Origin: Antedon mediterranea
Taxonomy: Eukaryota; Animalia; Echinodermata
Assembly (NCBI RefSeq): GCF_964355755.1
Contig: NC_092675.1
Span: 17,332,912 to 17,396,911 of the forward strand
Direction of reading: 5' to 3'
DNA: 64,000 nt
In this document: piece after piece, positions 23,401 through 36,380 of the stretch
Layout of the letters: each line of letters begins with the position of its first letter
Numbering within the stretch: the stretch's first letter is position 1
Notes under the pieces: generated by a model
The model's input: the letters and a program-made list of their open reading frames with translations, nothing else
What the model was told of the DNA's origin: nothing
Databases searched by the model: none
Made by a program: the position numbers and the translations under genes

Positions 23401-24899
23401 GAGATACATTAGTACTGCACATTATTGTTTTCTCATGTGTTTGTTTATCATTTCTTTGAAATCTTCCATGAGACAAGAAGCCTCTTTCTTCTATTGTTTG
23501 TAAGATTCCTAATGATGATTGAATGAACTCACCATTGTTGAAAATAATAAATTGTTTTTTTTTTTAGTTTTTAGGTGAATCCGCTATAAAATAAAAGACA
23601 TTATGACGCCTGCAAAAGGTTAATGACAAACAAAACACACCGTCACCGTCATACATTGGATATAAAGTGTATTTTTGAACTGTTTATGCACTAAACGAAA
23701 ACTGTACATCTTCTGCAAGACACGTTATTGCAATATAGTAGTTTCCTCTAACAAAATGCAAATACAGAACGATGAGTCTCATCAGCAAATTGACATTCGT
23801 GTACGGATTGTTTGTAAGCCCATCGTTCACTGAACTATTGCTACACACAGATGGTTCGATAGCTCATTTATTTAATTAAGCTATAAGACAACTGTTTTAT
23901 TTTTCGCGATAGGAATTGTGTTCACAATATGCCAATTTGTTGTTATCTTTGACAGTAAAGGATAGTGACATGCGTGTAATATAATCGTGTAGGAATTGTT
24001 TTGCCAATTATTCACTTTTAATTTTCTTAAGTTGGAAAAATTATTACGGCCATACAGTAGCCTACATATAGAATAAAAAATGTAGTTTAAAAGAAACGGA
24101 AAACTATAAAGAACAATAAGGAATAAATATCTTGAGAAATATACACTGGTTACTCAACGTTCGCACGAGCTAGATGTGTACAATGGATTGCCAGTTTTAA
24201 GATAAAAATATTAAAATGTATTTGTATACTGTATTCTATGAACTTATTGCATATTCTTATTTATTAATCGATACATAACAATTACCGCCAGAAGGCAAAG
24301 TTATACAATTATAATTAGTTATGTAAGTTATTTAACGACTAGGTGTGAGGAACAATCGTTATTACTGTATACAGTAATCAACATAATATGACCAATCAAT
24401 ATTCATTGCTAAAGTAATTTTATCATCAAATGGTAAAACAGCTATTTAATCAGGGAATATAGTAATTGGTTATATAGAATTGTCTTATTTTATAAAAGTA
24501 AATCCGAATTTTCGAAGTTTTCAGTTTGAGGACGATAACACAATTTTTTATCCTAATGGTGAAGAAATGTTATTTTAAAATTAATTTCCGATAGCGTTTA
24601 CGACCACGTCGTTTCTCTTGTAACTACCTACATGCCCAGGCTTATATGATATAAACACACCAAACATGTCGATAAAAGTAACGTTTTTAGTGATTAATTG
24701 AAAAAGGTGTAGGTATAAAGTTGTGTTTATGCAACATTTCATAATATTTTGTTAAACACGAGGATTGTACGAATTTCAAAACAGATTGTGGGCGAAATAA
24801 CCGTATCTATATAGACGAGACGGATGGATGATCCACGAGTGAAAGAGAGGGGGAGGACTCGGTACTCGGGCCCACATAAACTATAATATCAATTCAAAA

Positions 24900-25400
24900 T
24901 ATAGGACACCTATTTATGGCTCAGAACCCCATTTTACAATTTGTTTCATTTAGGCCTAACTATTCCTTTTGTAAGATTAACAAGTTTCCCACTTTATTTA
25001 TGTTTCTGGACTTTTATATATATAAATTATTCCATTGACGACCAAAATTTAAGTTTCAATATTAACCACCATTTAAGCTGTTTTTTTAGTTTCATTCCAA
25101 AATTGTTTATATCTCTACCAAGCTACCTTCTTTGTTTTCTCCTCCTATTCAGTCTCCACCCACCATTCACCACCCTGTTTCCCTTTGTTTTATTCTTTTA
25201 TTCCTGTCCACCCAGGCAGTATTTGCCAGTTCTTATACAATGACGTTATCCAAATTCCTCCACTGATGAAGGGCTAGTGTTGCCCGAAAGCTCTGCTAAC
25301 TTTTCTGGCTGTTTTACTTTATCGTTTTGATTTAGCTTTTCTCTATTGAGATCCAGCCACTGATACCCACAGCACTGTCATTTTTTCAGTAATATATATA
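24900..25400 (+). mobile_element. PLE 3' region/pseudo-LTR ending in (TA)n
   Basis: Contains a hammerhead motif. The 3' ~140 bp recur at ~53470-53665 (minus) and ~59034-59150. Left boundary uncertain. Confidence 0.65.
25261..25295 (+). ncRNA. Minimal hammerhead ribozyme motif
   Basis: ca CUGAUGA a gggc-uaguguu-gccc GAA agcu C ug. Confidence 0.75.
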
Positions 25401-25446
25401 TTTTCTTTGTCTTTGCGAGTTGTGTCGCTCCATTTGACATCTTGGT

Positions 25447-25745
25447 CTATTGCAATAACTCACAATTTGCAATCGAGTGACCAGTTGAATTAAAATGTTC
25501 GGCTACAGGTTGATCAAGCTTTAATGTTTTGATAGCTGATCTGTGTTGTGTCATTCTCATACAGACGTACTGTTTGCCACAAATATTACAGTATATGAGA
25601 TAAATGACGTTTTTGGTTAGACAATTAATTGATTGTCTTATCCGAAAAATGCGACCAGTTTGGTTACTCTCAAATTTTTTAGTAGAATCAACCAATGAAC
25701 AAGTTTTGCAAGATTTGCCGCAAAGGTGACTGTCCAAATTTTGGC
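25447..25745 (-). pseudogene. Neptune-like PLE Cys linker plus GIY-YIG endonuclease fragment
   Basis: CGKSCKTCSLV...SINCLTKNVIYLIYCNICGKQYV...RMTQHRSAIK...PVAEHFNSTGHS, internally deleted. Confidence 0.85.
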
Positions 25746-25778
25746 TGCCATGTATATATAGCCTACACACATGCACAT

Positions 25779-27110
25779 CACAGGCACCGAATAAATTCTA
25801 AACTAAATATAAATAATTTGAAACGATAAGAGTCACGAAGAGAACGAAAGTCGCCACAACCGAGATTCGAACTCGGACCTCCTACTTGATATGCAGATGT
25901 CCTAACCATTATATCACTGAGGCTCCTCGTGGTATAGTTCAAACCGATTGGATAGCGACTCTTTAACATTCTCGGCGTGGTACGACGGAACGCGTAATTT
26001 TTAGTCGCGTGGAAGCGACTCTATAGTTCACTATGTCGGTCGGTCGGTCGGTCGGTCTGTCTGTCGGTCTGTCTGTCGGTCTGTCTGTCGGTCTGTCGGT
26101 CTGGTATCACTATGCGTTTTATCGCTTTCTGACCTTATCTTGATATCAGTTTAATCTAGCTAGGTCAATTTTTCACAGTATATTCCTTATGGCCAGGAAT
26201 CAATGTGGTTATGTTTTCACGGTGCGCAATAAAAAATTACGCGGTCTACGCACGATTTAACGAAATCACGTTTGTAATCATATCTTCACAACCATGAATC
26301 ACAATTAAATAAAATTTGGTACTCATAAATTTCAGGGCATAAATCATCATATGGCAATACAATTACGTGCGTAGCGCATGTAACGCATGCGTACGCGCGC
26401 TTAAAATTTTCAAAATTTATTTTCGATGAAATAAGAGTACGTTTCAAGCAATTTTAAGCGTTTACAAAATTGCCATGAGTGCGCATATTTTTGCGCGCGC
26501 ACTGCGCGTTAAATGTTATTGCGCACTCTTTTTGCCCGATTTCTGTTTTCTTGACTTACTTTTCAACTCGAAATTACGTTATACGAGCACGTCAAAAGTG
26601 ACAGGCTACGCACGTGTAAATTAAAAAAATATAAATGTTTTTAAACATTTCAACATTTTTAAACATGTTCAGTAATTTCGGTCAGTATAGTTCACTATGT
26701 CGGTCGGTCTGTCTGTCTGTCGGTCTGTCTGTCGGTCCGGTATCACTATGCATTGTAGCACGCGACTTAATGGCTGTTGGCCTTGTTTTTTCCAGGACGA
26801 ACGTGGGCAGAAATCATGAATAATTCATGAATAATTATGACATAATAGGGAACATTATAGAGGGCACCGACGGAACAGCACTAGTCCCTCAGTTGTACGC
26901 ACGCGCACCAGAGATCAAACTGATACGCCCTCATCTTTCAGTATTTTATTCACGAAGAGGGAAGAGATACTTTTTATATATATAAACACAACAGACAAAG
27001 AACATTAATTATAAACCGCCCGGCAATATACTGAACATTTATTAATTAATTTGAAACGATAAGATGAGGAAATCTGTAAGAATGAGAAAACCGGACCCCA
27101 ACCGGACCTC
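25779..27110 (-). repeat. tRNA-containing repeat family T (one interrupted unit plus a partial second unit)
   Basis: Homologous to 58469-59013. tRNA-like segment at 25852-25923 (minus) with anticodon loop ATATCAA. Units are separated by (TA)n. Confidence 0.8.
26001..26787 (+). mobile_element. Helentron-associated / DINE-1-like non-autonomous element
   Basis: Inserted in a T run. Subterminal inverted repeat agtcgcgtg / cacgcgact. (GTCG/GTCT)n microsatellite near both ends within a duplicated block. A related reversed fragment lies at ~30820-30900. Confidence 0.7.
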
Positions 27111-28569
27111 TAACTGTTCAGAGTCGAGTAGCGTAAGTTACGCGCGATTTTATGAAATTATATGTTTGATCATAATTTCTGAACCAATAAATATATACCA
27201 AAAGTATACTTCATATTAATATAGAGCAATTTTTGACATGATAAAAATAGCGTGATACGGCAAACAAATACGCGTATTTAAAATTTCAAATGCGCAAAAT
27301 TAATTGTTAAAAGAGAGCGCATCTCGCTTTTACGTGGCCAAAATTCGGTAAATGCTGTTTATTGTCTCTAGACATTATACCGTACTGGTAATCGGATAGT
27401 TTTATAGGCCGGAATGTTATACACATCACAATTCTAAACAACCGTTCAACTTACAAGACCTAAATTATATATTTAACCGTTCATTTATCAGGATTTCCAA
27501 CATAATAAATTAGCCACACGGCACGCCGCATTTAACAAATTCTCCAAAGCTTTCAATGTAGTAAATTTAAGCTCTATTAAATACTAGATTCTTGTGAAAT
27601 TGAGATCGAATATCATGTGTAGATTGGAGGATGAATGTGTATTATCCATGTGTATTACGGTCTTGATGGTGGTTCAATGTTTTATAAAGCATGTTGTTAT
27701 GAAAATGAAAAATCTATTGGGAGCATTGTACGCGCCAGTGTTATTTTGGAATTAAAGTTTTGGCGGAGATGGCGTTTCATAGAATTTCAACATTAACGAA
27801 TAAAATACAATATTTGAAGCAGAAAAGAGAAGAAAAAAGAAAACAAAGAGAACAAGAAAAAACATACAAAAGATTGAAAAGACAATAGGACATGGACAAG
27901 AAAAAGAAAGAAAAGGGCAGAAAATGCAAAAGAAAAACCGACCGACCCGTGTCTCCTTCTGAAAATAATGATCCATCCGAATACTAAGGCCACTGCAATG
28001 ACTTTTATTAAGACGATAATGAAGAAGATGATGATTGGTAGCAATGTATTAGAGGTTGTAGTTTATGGTTTTATGAATCTTGCACTGGGTTGTATGGAAA
28101 AAAATAAAGAACTTGCTACGTATGTTTGTATGTCGAAATTGTGAAATCGGCCAAAATAATAATCAAATGAATAATTTGAGTTCATCAATTGTGGGTTTCA
28201 GCACATATTAAAGTTAAACAATCGAAGTACTGATTAAAAGGTACTTAAGTGACCACCAGACCTCTAAAATGTTGTATATAGTGTGTTTTATTATGGTTTA
28301 CATTGAAGGTTAAAGCCGGCCCACTTACCCCAACTCGCTGGGGCATGTGGACCGATGGCATAGTTACCTTACACCCCTCCCATATTGAATTACTAATAAT
28401 GTGCTAGGGTACTTGTTCTTCTTGCATTGTGAGTAATTTTAAACATTTCCAGCTTAAAGTATGGACATTCTGAATGAATAAATGCTTATGTGTCCCACTT
28501 ACCCCAGTCTACCCTACATTATTTTAATAATAAATGAAATGTATTATTCACACTCTGCTATCTTTATTG

Positions 28570-28615
28570 TACTGTATAATGCCATTGTTGAACAAATAAA
28601 TGTTTTTTGAACTTA
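28570..28615 (+). mobile_element. LINE 3' tail fragment
   Basis: tactgtataatgccattgttga...aataaatgttttttgaactt is nearly identical to the LINE end at 35891-35940. Confidence 0.65.
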
Positions 28616-29619
28616 TTCAAATACAATTGTTTATAGCTTTATACACGATCTAGCTATTCAGTGATTTAATTACTTCTTTCTTTAGGTTTAATTTGCATTA
28701 TTACTATATTCATATATTATATTACATTTTGAATAAGACATAAGTATATTGAATATAAGTATTTACATCAAATCATGCTAGGAAACATTTAATTTACTCT
28801 ACATACACATTTTCCTTTTATGCATTATCAATTCACTCGTACTTCACGTTTTAGTACAAACTGCTACTAATATCAATGTCTGAAAAACCATGTTTATATT
28901 GAACATAATCACAACGGAAAATTTCTATTTCGTATTATTTAAAACGTAACTGATTCCTTTAGGCAATAATATTACTGTATCAAGTAAGCGTAGGCTTAAT
29001 TTATTATCCAAAAAGTCGAGTATTATGTACAAAATATCTGTGTCTAAAATTTGACAAGACTGCATCAATGTACAACTATCATTGTCAATAACACGCAATG
29101 GATACAAAATATATATTTATTCAAAATCTAAGCCTTAATGAAGTTATATTTGCGTATCACAATTATACGAAAGTATTGCTTTCATTATTTCCAAGCAGCG
29201 TACGTTTACAACTTGTAGAGGTGACATATTCGTTTCCTAGTTTGTTCGATTGTTTTTGCGATGAATTGGAACCCTATAAGGAGTGACGATTAGTACGGTA
29301 GGGCCTAAGTACAATGTGATTTAATCTTTAAAGAAATAAATATCTAAGACAAAATAATGTTTAGTAGTTTTGAATTGGCCCACTTGTGTTGTTTGCAACA
29401 TAGGAAAATTCACACCTAGATACCGGAAGGTGAAGTTTCGAACCATTTTGCCGGGTTCCAAAACAAAAAAATAGTCCTCAATATTTTTTTTGGAACAGAA
29501 GGAATTACATATAAAACATTACGAAGACTTGTGTCAAAAATCAATCAATCTCTTAGCCAATCACGATCAGATCAGAAAGTACTAATTTCGAGTTTAAATG
29601 TGCTCAAACACTATTAACG

Positions 29620-29931
29620 TCAAACAAAATCTTCGGCAAGAAAAGGTTGATTATCGTTGTTTTTAGCTACTTGAAAAGTGGTTACTTTCTGTTTATCTTT
29701 TTTATTTGCTTTTTCCTCGAATTCGTCTCTCTTGATAAATCGTTGATAGTAGTAGGAGAGTTTGTCAGCCTCTCGTTCGCTTTTAATGTATTTTACCATT
29801 AAACAAGCTAGAGAAACTGCATAGAATGCAATGACTATCAGAATGTACACCATCGGATCGCCTTCGTGCGGCGTAACCGCCGTCGTCGGGAGGATACCTG
29901 TTACTGTTACTGGTACGGTAGTATTTTCCAT
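29620..29931 (-). CDS. 103-aa single-pass membrane protein, KCNE/MinK-like
   Basis: aagATGg start, N-glycosylation sequon (NTT), Thr/Pro-rich ectodomain, TM segment MVYILIVIAFYAVSLACLMV, then KYIKSERE...YYYQRFIK. Acceptor ttttattacag at 30177. Candidate upstream non-coding exon 31769-31812 (cag|...|gtaagt). Confidence 0.8.
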   Translation of the reverse strand: MENTTVPVTVTGILPTTAVTPHEGDPMVYILIVIAFYAVSLACLMVKYIKSEREADKLSYYYQRFIKRDEFEEKANKKDKQKVTTFQVAKNNDNQPFLAEDFV

Positions 29932-32900
29932 CTTTTTCGTCGAGAATCTCACTTTTGTCCGAACAATCTCAAAATTCACTGTTCCGTGTCTTGCTGTTTC
30001 TTCAAAGAAATGCTTTCAAATCTCATTTATTTTATGTATTTTTAGAAATTGAGAAGTACAATACATTCACGTTAGAAATGATTTCGACTTTATGTTCTCT
30101 TCCTCTGCTGTTATTTTTACGAGATATCCATCATAGTTGCTTCAACCATGTACCATGTACGAATGTTTAGAATTATCTGTAATAAAATTTAAAAAAATCT
30201 AATAACTGTCCACCTTTGGGCAAATTTAGCCCACTTAATGGTGGTCATTTTGAAAACATGTTATTAGACCTCAGTACGATTGTCATGTAATAAAAATAAT
30301 ACACTAATCTATAAACAGAATCCCACACGAGAGTTTTAAGTTTTCACACCCACATAATAATCATCTTCATTTCTCTCGTTGATATATTGATCATCATCTA
30401 ATTCAACATTTCATCAATCACTGTCTCTTTATTAACATCATCACCGTCATCACCATCACCAGATGAGAGGATGTAAATGGGGATAAGGAGGATTGAATAG
30501 TATTTTTTCTTAAATAAATAAAAGTACGTAACAAACTTTATAGATATTAATTATTATAAATATAAAATACATTAAAAATGACAATGCTGTAGGCATCAGG
30601 AACCGTAGCTGTAGTCACCATTCACACTTTTAGGCTAAAGAAAAAAAATTAAGCAAATCTCCTATCTAAGTCAATACAATTTAATGGAAATACTTAAATA
30701 TTTATTGAGTGAAATACGTAATAGACCTATTTAAGAGAAATGTCTCACTTAAGTTTGATTGGTGAATACGGCCACTGGATCTCAATGAAGATAGAAATAA
30801 ATTAAGCAAAAAGCTAAATTACAAGGCCATGTGCACGGTTGCAGTCGCGTGCGCAAATTAGAGTTAGTGTTTACCGACCGACCAACCGACCGACAAAGAG
30901 GAAAACGCTCTTTTATTACAAACGTTTTGTCTTGTTTATTATTACAGTTACAAGATTTGATACTCTACTCAAACGATGAGGTTCGGCTTTTATACTTTAT
31001 CAGTTTTCTGTATTTAGTGATGCCTTCTTGTATTCTTCCCTGACCACTAAAATGTTCGTCATAAGTTTAGGTATGAAAATAAAAAGCAAACAAAAAATAA
31101 ATGTGCAGACTTTTGGAACCGTATTCCGATCCGTCACGCAACAATATTCATCTGAATCATATTAAGTATTACAATGACACGGCTATCCATCTACATTTGT
31201 TAAATACAATTTGATATCATTTATCATTAATATTTTGCTCCATAATTACACGTATAGGTGATTACGTCTGATGGATATCTGTGCAGGTTGTTGTTGATGA
31301 AAACAGACGCTTACCATCTCATATGATGCCCTTGAATGATTATTCATAATATTATAACAACGCATGGCCTACGATACACAATTTATAAGTATTCTAATGG
31401 ATAATTTTAACTTAACAGTTTTCTTTACAATTGCAAAGGATTGGTAAATACATTGGTAAAATTCAAACAATAGAGATGATGATTAACCGGGTTTTGAATA
31501 TTTGGTATTTTAATATGTGGCTCGGTTCCAGCGGCTGATTGCTTGTGTTTCACTTCCTATAGTCTATAGCCTACTGACATTGTTAAAAAATAATCAAGAA
31601 TGGTGGTTGAGAAGAAATGTTTCAAGATTCTGATGAAGATTTTTTGAAATTATGGATGGTAAAATGGTTGCCTTGAGGATGAAGACGTTGGTAACAATGA
31701 CAATATCATGGTGTTGTTCGGGAAGCAACAATTACAAATTGAATACATAAAATACAATTGTTACTTACCCAATACGTTGATTTAAGATTCCTGTTGAACG
31801 TTAGCGATTCATCTGCATAAACAACTGAATGAAGAATAATATGTACATAGTAACAGCTTAGCGTGTGCTGCACGGCATAATCATGAGATGTAACAGTCTA
31901 TGTTTGCTGTAGCCAAACATGTTCATTTATATGCCTGTATCGAGTGATCGTACAGTTCTAATGGAGCGCAACGTCACCGAACGTGTGTACAATCATGGAC
32001 TATTAATATGTTTCGTCACAGAACGTCCACTAATGTGATTGAAACGCGTACTGCCACTCTCCACAAACACAGAATTGGCTAATGGTATATTGTAATATCG
32101 AAGCGTCCATGCAGAACTACAAATTTAATCTATTATATATAATATGGTTATAAAATTATGGCATTAATCCCGTGTTTAACAAGATGAAATAAAGTGCTCA
32201 GAAATGAGAAAATGTTGTGGTGGAACATAATGCTTAATACTAAAATGTTATTGTCCGCGCAATCGCATGACCGTTTAACGTTGTATATTACTATCTTTGA
32301 TTGCGAATATAACAGTAATATATTATAGAAATGAACTTGAAATGACCAGTACATCTGTTTGATGGATTTATTGTCCCGGGTTTTGAGAACATTAATGTCC
32401 AATGAACAATTATTTTGATGGATCGATCATCGTTACAGGATACTGTCTAATAAACGCAATTGTATTCCATTATGCTAATGACCAATACATTGTTCATCAA
32501 CTGAGCATACAGGCTTTCGCATATGATAAAAGGTAGATATTTAACACCAATGAATATATGTGAATAGCTGCTTTAGTAGGTTCCTAGTGCTTGGTTCACA
32601 ATGGATTATTAAAAAACGCTTGTCATTAGTCAATTCACTTGCGTCTTTGCGTTGCGTTCTAGTGGGAACCAAGAATATAAATATTAATGTTATTACTATA
32701 TCTCAATAACATTATTGCAATGAAATCAAACGATTCATAATGGAAATTATGCATCAACACAGCATCTGAATGAACAAAATATGAATTATCAAACTTAAAA
32801 GTACTCACGTCACTTACAATACAAAAGAATCTGATAATTAATAATAGAAAACATTAGTCTCCTGCATATAAAAGACTAGATATGTATTAAGGCTATAGTT

Positions 32901-35070
32901 TTGAAAATTTATTTTTTAAGTTACCATATTGATACATTTTAGTCACACTGTTTGTATGTAAAAAACAGACAATAACTTTTAAAAAAAAGTTATATATCCT
33001 TTAAGATAATAACAATAATGTTTAAAACATTATTGTAGGTATTCCTAAGCTTTATATGTCATCAACATAAGACATCAATAATAGGCATCAATATTAACCA
33101 TTTTTTAAGTTAAACATTCCAAAAGGGATAAAAACAGCAAGAGATAATACAAACATCGTAAGCTTCGCTTTAGGCTGGGATAATAAAGAACACGTCATAC
33201 GTACGTATAAATAGTATATATTTACCTACCACTTAAATGTTCAACATAATCAATAAGTGTTAGAGGATTTGAGGCTGTCAATTTGCATCATTTAACATGC
33301 AGTTTAGGAACTAAATACGTATACCACAGCCGAATGAACAACATACACATGGATTCACTGTTTTTAAGATCACGAACGCAACTTAAAACTAGTTGGAGTA
33401 TTATCGTTGATTGGAATCCGAGGAAATGGAATTAATGGATATGATGGATATATATGTATCCTGGTACACGTTATTAAAAACACAGCCAGAGGAAAAGCTG
33501 AAATAAAAAAAACGAACATGAATGCCGGAACAATTGTTAAAGTCAGGATTTTATATAAGATAGAAAAGACAAAACGAAATATCAACAATCGTCATTTATT
33601 CATAGAAATAGCAATAGATAAAATCAAATAGGTTGAAAATGGTTAATCTAAACAGTTTACTTATGGTTTTGAGAAAACAAAAAAGTTCAGCAGTATACGA
33701 AGAAATAAAATGTGTATATATCGCCCTCTATCCTTATGCATTTTACAGTACCGTATTTCTTTACAAAAGAACAATGTGGAACCAGGAAAGAGTTAAATTA
33801 GTGAGCTTCACTCTTCTCTGGTGGAACTGTCCAGGAAGCATCTATAATGTCCTATATCCTATTTATTCTAATGAATTATGATTTCTGCCTTAACCTCATA
33901 GGAAAAAAATAGAATGCGCCCAGGAAGCATTATTTTTGTCCTATTAGGCAGAAACTATAGAGGGTCTAAATCCATACAAAACTAAGCACCAACTAAGCTA
34001 GGCCTAGAAACATCTACAAGAGAACTTTCGACGCGAGCTACTATAGGTAGTGCATTGGTTATGACCTGGTATAATGTTTTTAAAGTTATATATATATATG
34101 CATTATATTTACAAAACGTCAAACATTGCAGGTCTAGTGTCTTTAATTCATTCTGTGTCAACAAAATGAATTATGAATCGACATAATTCATTCTATATAT
34201 AGATAGAATTTACACTGTGTAGATAAAAATTCATTTGTGTCGACAGAATTCATTTATCGACAATTATTTTGTGTCACCATGGACAAAAGTATACTAATTA
34301 GTCCAATGTTATTGTCTTACTATTATTGTCTACAGAGTTAATGAACAGCTGCGGTGTGACGTCACAGCGGTAGATGGCGCTGCGTGGTTGCTAGTGTCAT
34401 TGGATTATAGTCACGTGATATGCAGATCAATTTGTGTCAAACTTGTCCCGTTAATGCATGGAAAGTATAGGAGCAACAAAATACTTTAAACTTTTTCTTA
34501 TATTTAAAAAAATGTAATTGCACATTTTACGGTGAAATATCGATGATGTGCACAGCGTACAGAAGTACTTGCAGCATAGAATATTGCGCGCGCGTGTGCT
34601 AGTACATTATAAAGTTCGATTGATTGATTTTGGAACGAAACATCCCATAACTACGTCCTATTAATTATTAATAATAACAATTATGTAATATTTTCAATTC
34701 ATAATGCATGCTTTGATGACTAAATAAAATAATAAAGTGTCGTGGATATATTTGTTACTATATTGAATAGGGTATGAACAATATTAAAATAATAAAGGCA
34801 AATTATTACAAATGAAATGATGAACGAGTCTCTGAAAGTTTGTGTCAAAAACACACAGAGGGGTGATTTTGTGTGTTTTCTGTATTGGTTCATGCTTTGA
34901 TGTATCCTGACTTGCATGTAGGCCCTAGCATTTATTCTTTTGTTATTATAGACACAATATATATATGTTACAAAATTAATAACATTAATAAAATTAATTA
35001 CTAAAATAAAAACGCAATATAAGCGTTATTTCATAGACAAAAAAATCTAAAAAAAATGCATGAACTACAG

Positions 35071-35948
35071 TTTATCTACATGAATACTTGAGATGGACCA
35101 GTCATCAAGCGTATGTATCTAAAAAGATATCTAAAGTAATTGGTATCCTTTGTAAATTAAGACACTTTTTTCCACAACATATCTTACTCTTGTTATATAA
35201 CACCCTTATACAACCTCATCTTCTTTATTGCAACATTATTTGGGCAGCCGACTACCCATTAAATTTAGAAAAACTTAATAAACAAATTAAACGTGCTGCC
35301 CGTATTATTACTTTCTCTCACTATCTCGCCCCTTCCCAACCTTTACTTAAAAAACTCAATATTCTTAGTCTACATGATCTATTTACAACACAAATTGCTT
35401 CCTTTATTTTTCAATTCTTTAATACCAAACTCCCTGTGACAATGTCTAATCTATTAAGTCATCATACAAAATCACACAAGTACTATTTACGTATCGACAA
35501 TAAATTTCAGCATCTTGATGTACTTCCTTTTAGACTGAAAATTTCCGAATATTTTGTTTCTGTTTCAGGACCGCGAATCTGGAATGATCTTGATGATAAA
35601 CTAAAGCATTTTAAATCTCTTTATACTTTTCGTAAAAATTTAAAAAAATATCTTATTTCTTTATACTAATTTTAATATTATTATGATTGTAGTACACTGA
35701 AAGTATCTATTTTTATTTCATCGTTTTTGTTTTTATTTATTATTTTATGTAGTAAATTGTATTAGTTTAAATCTATGTGTATTGTTTCTGGGGTCTTTCT
35801 CGAGACAAGAAACTTGTTTTCTTCTAGAGAAGACCCCAAATGATGGCTCATTACTATGTTTTCATTTATGTACTACCTATAATTATATTATACTGTATAA
35901 TGCCATTGTTGATTAAATAAATGTTTTTTGAACTTGAACTTGAACTTG
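35071..35948 (+). mobile_element. 5'-truncated LINE (CR1/L2-group) with intact ORF2 C-terminus
   Basis: ORF 35088-35669 (KISKVIGIL...LYNTLIQPHLLYCNIIW...GPRIWNDL). 3' UTR hairpin ggggtcttt..gaagacccc, AATAAA and a (GAACTT)n tail. Confidence 0.88.
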
Positions 35949-36176
35949 AAAACGCTATACAAAATAGACGCGCGCGCCTTCAGCGTGCGAATTCTTTGAC
36001 ACAAAAATGGCTTCTAATTTTCAATGTCGTAACTTTTTAAAAATATATATGGCTCTGGCTAGTGTCAGAGCCATAATTATATATAAAGAGTTACGACATT
36101 GGATTAAAGTCACGTGATATGCAAAACAAAATACTTTAAACTTGTTCTTATATTTAAAAAAATGTAATTGCACATT

Positions 36177-36380
36177 TTACGGTGAAATATCGATGTGGCG
36201 TTCAGATAGAGTGATGATATTAAGGTATCTGCGGGTATCAGCATACGAGGTACCATCGGGGCATATTATGTTACACGCTCTTCTTTGGACATGTTTGATT
36301 TGGTCAGATTGTGCTTTGGATAAACTCGGGGACCAAACAGCACAGGCATATTCGAGAACTGGTCGTATCACTGCTTGAAA
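36177..36380 (-). pseudogene. LINE RT C-terminal fragment
   Basis: IRPVLEYACAVWSP...IKHVQRRACNII motif. Confidence 0.8.
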
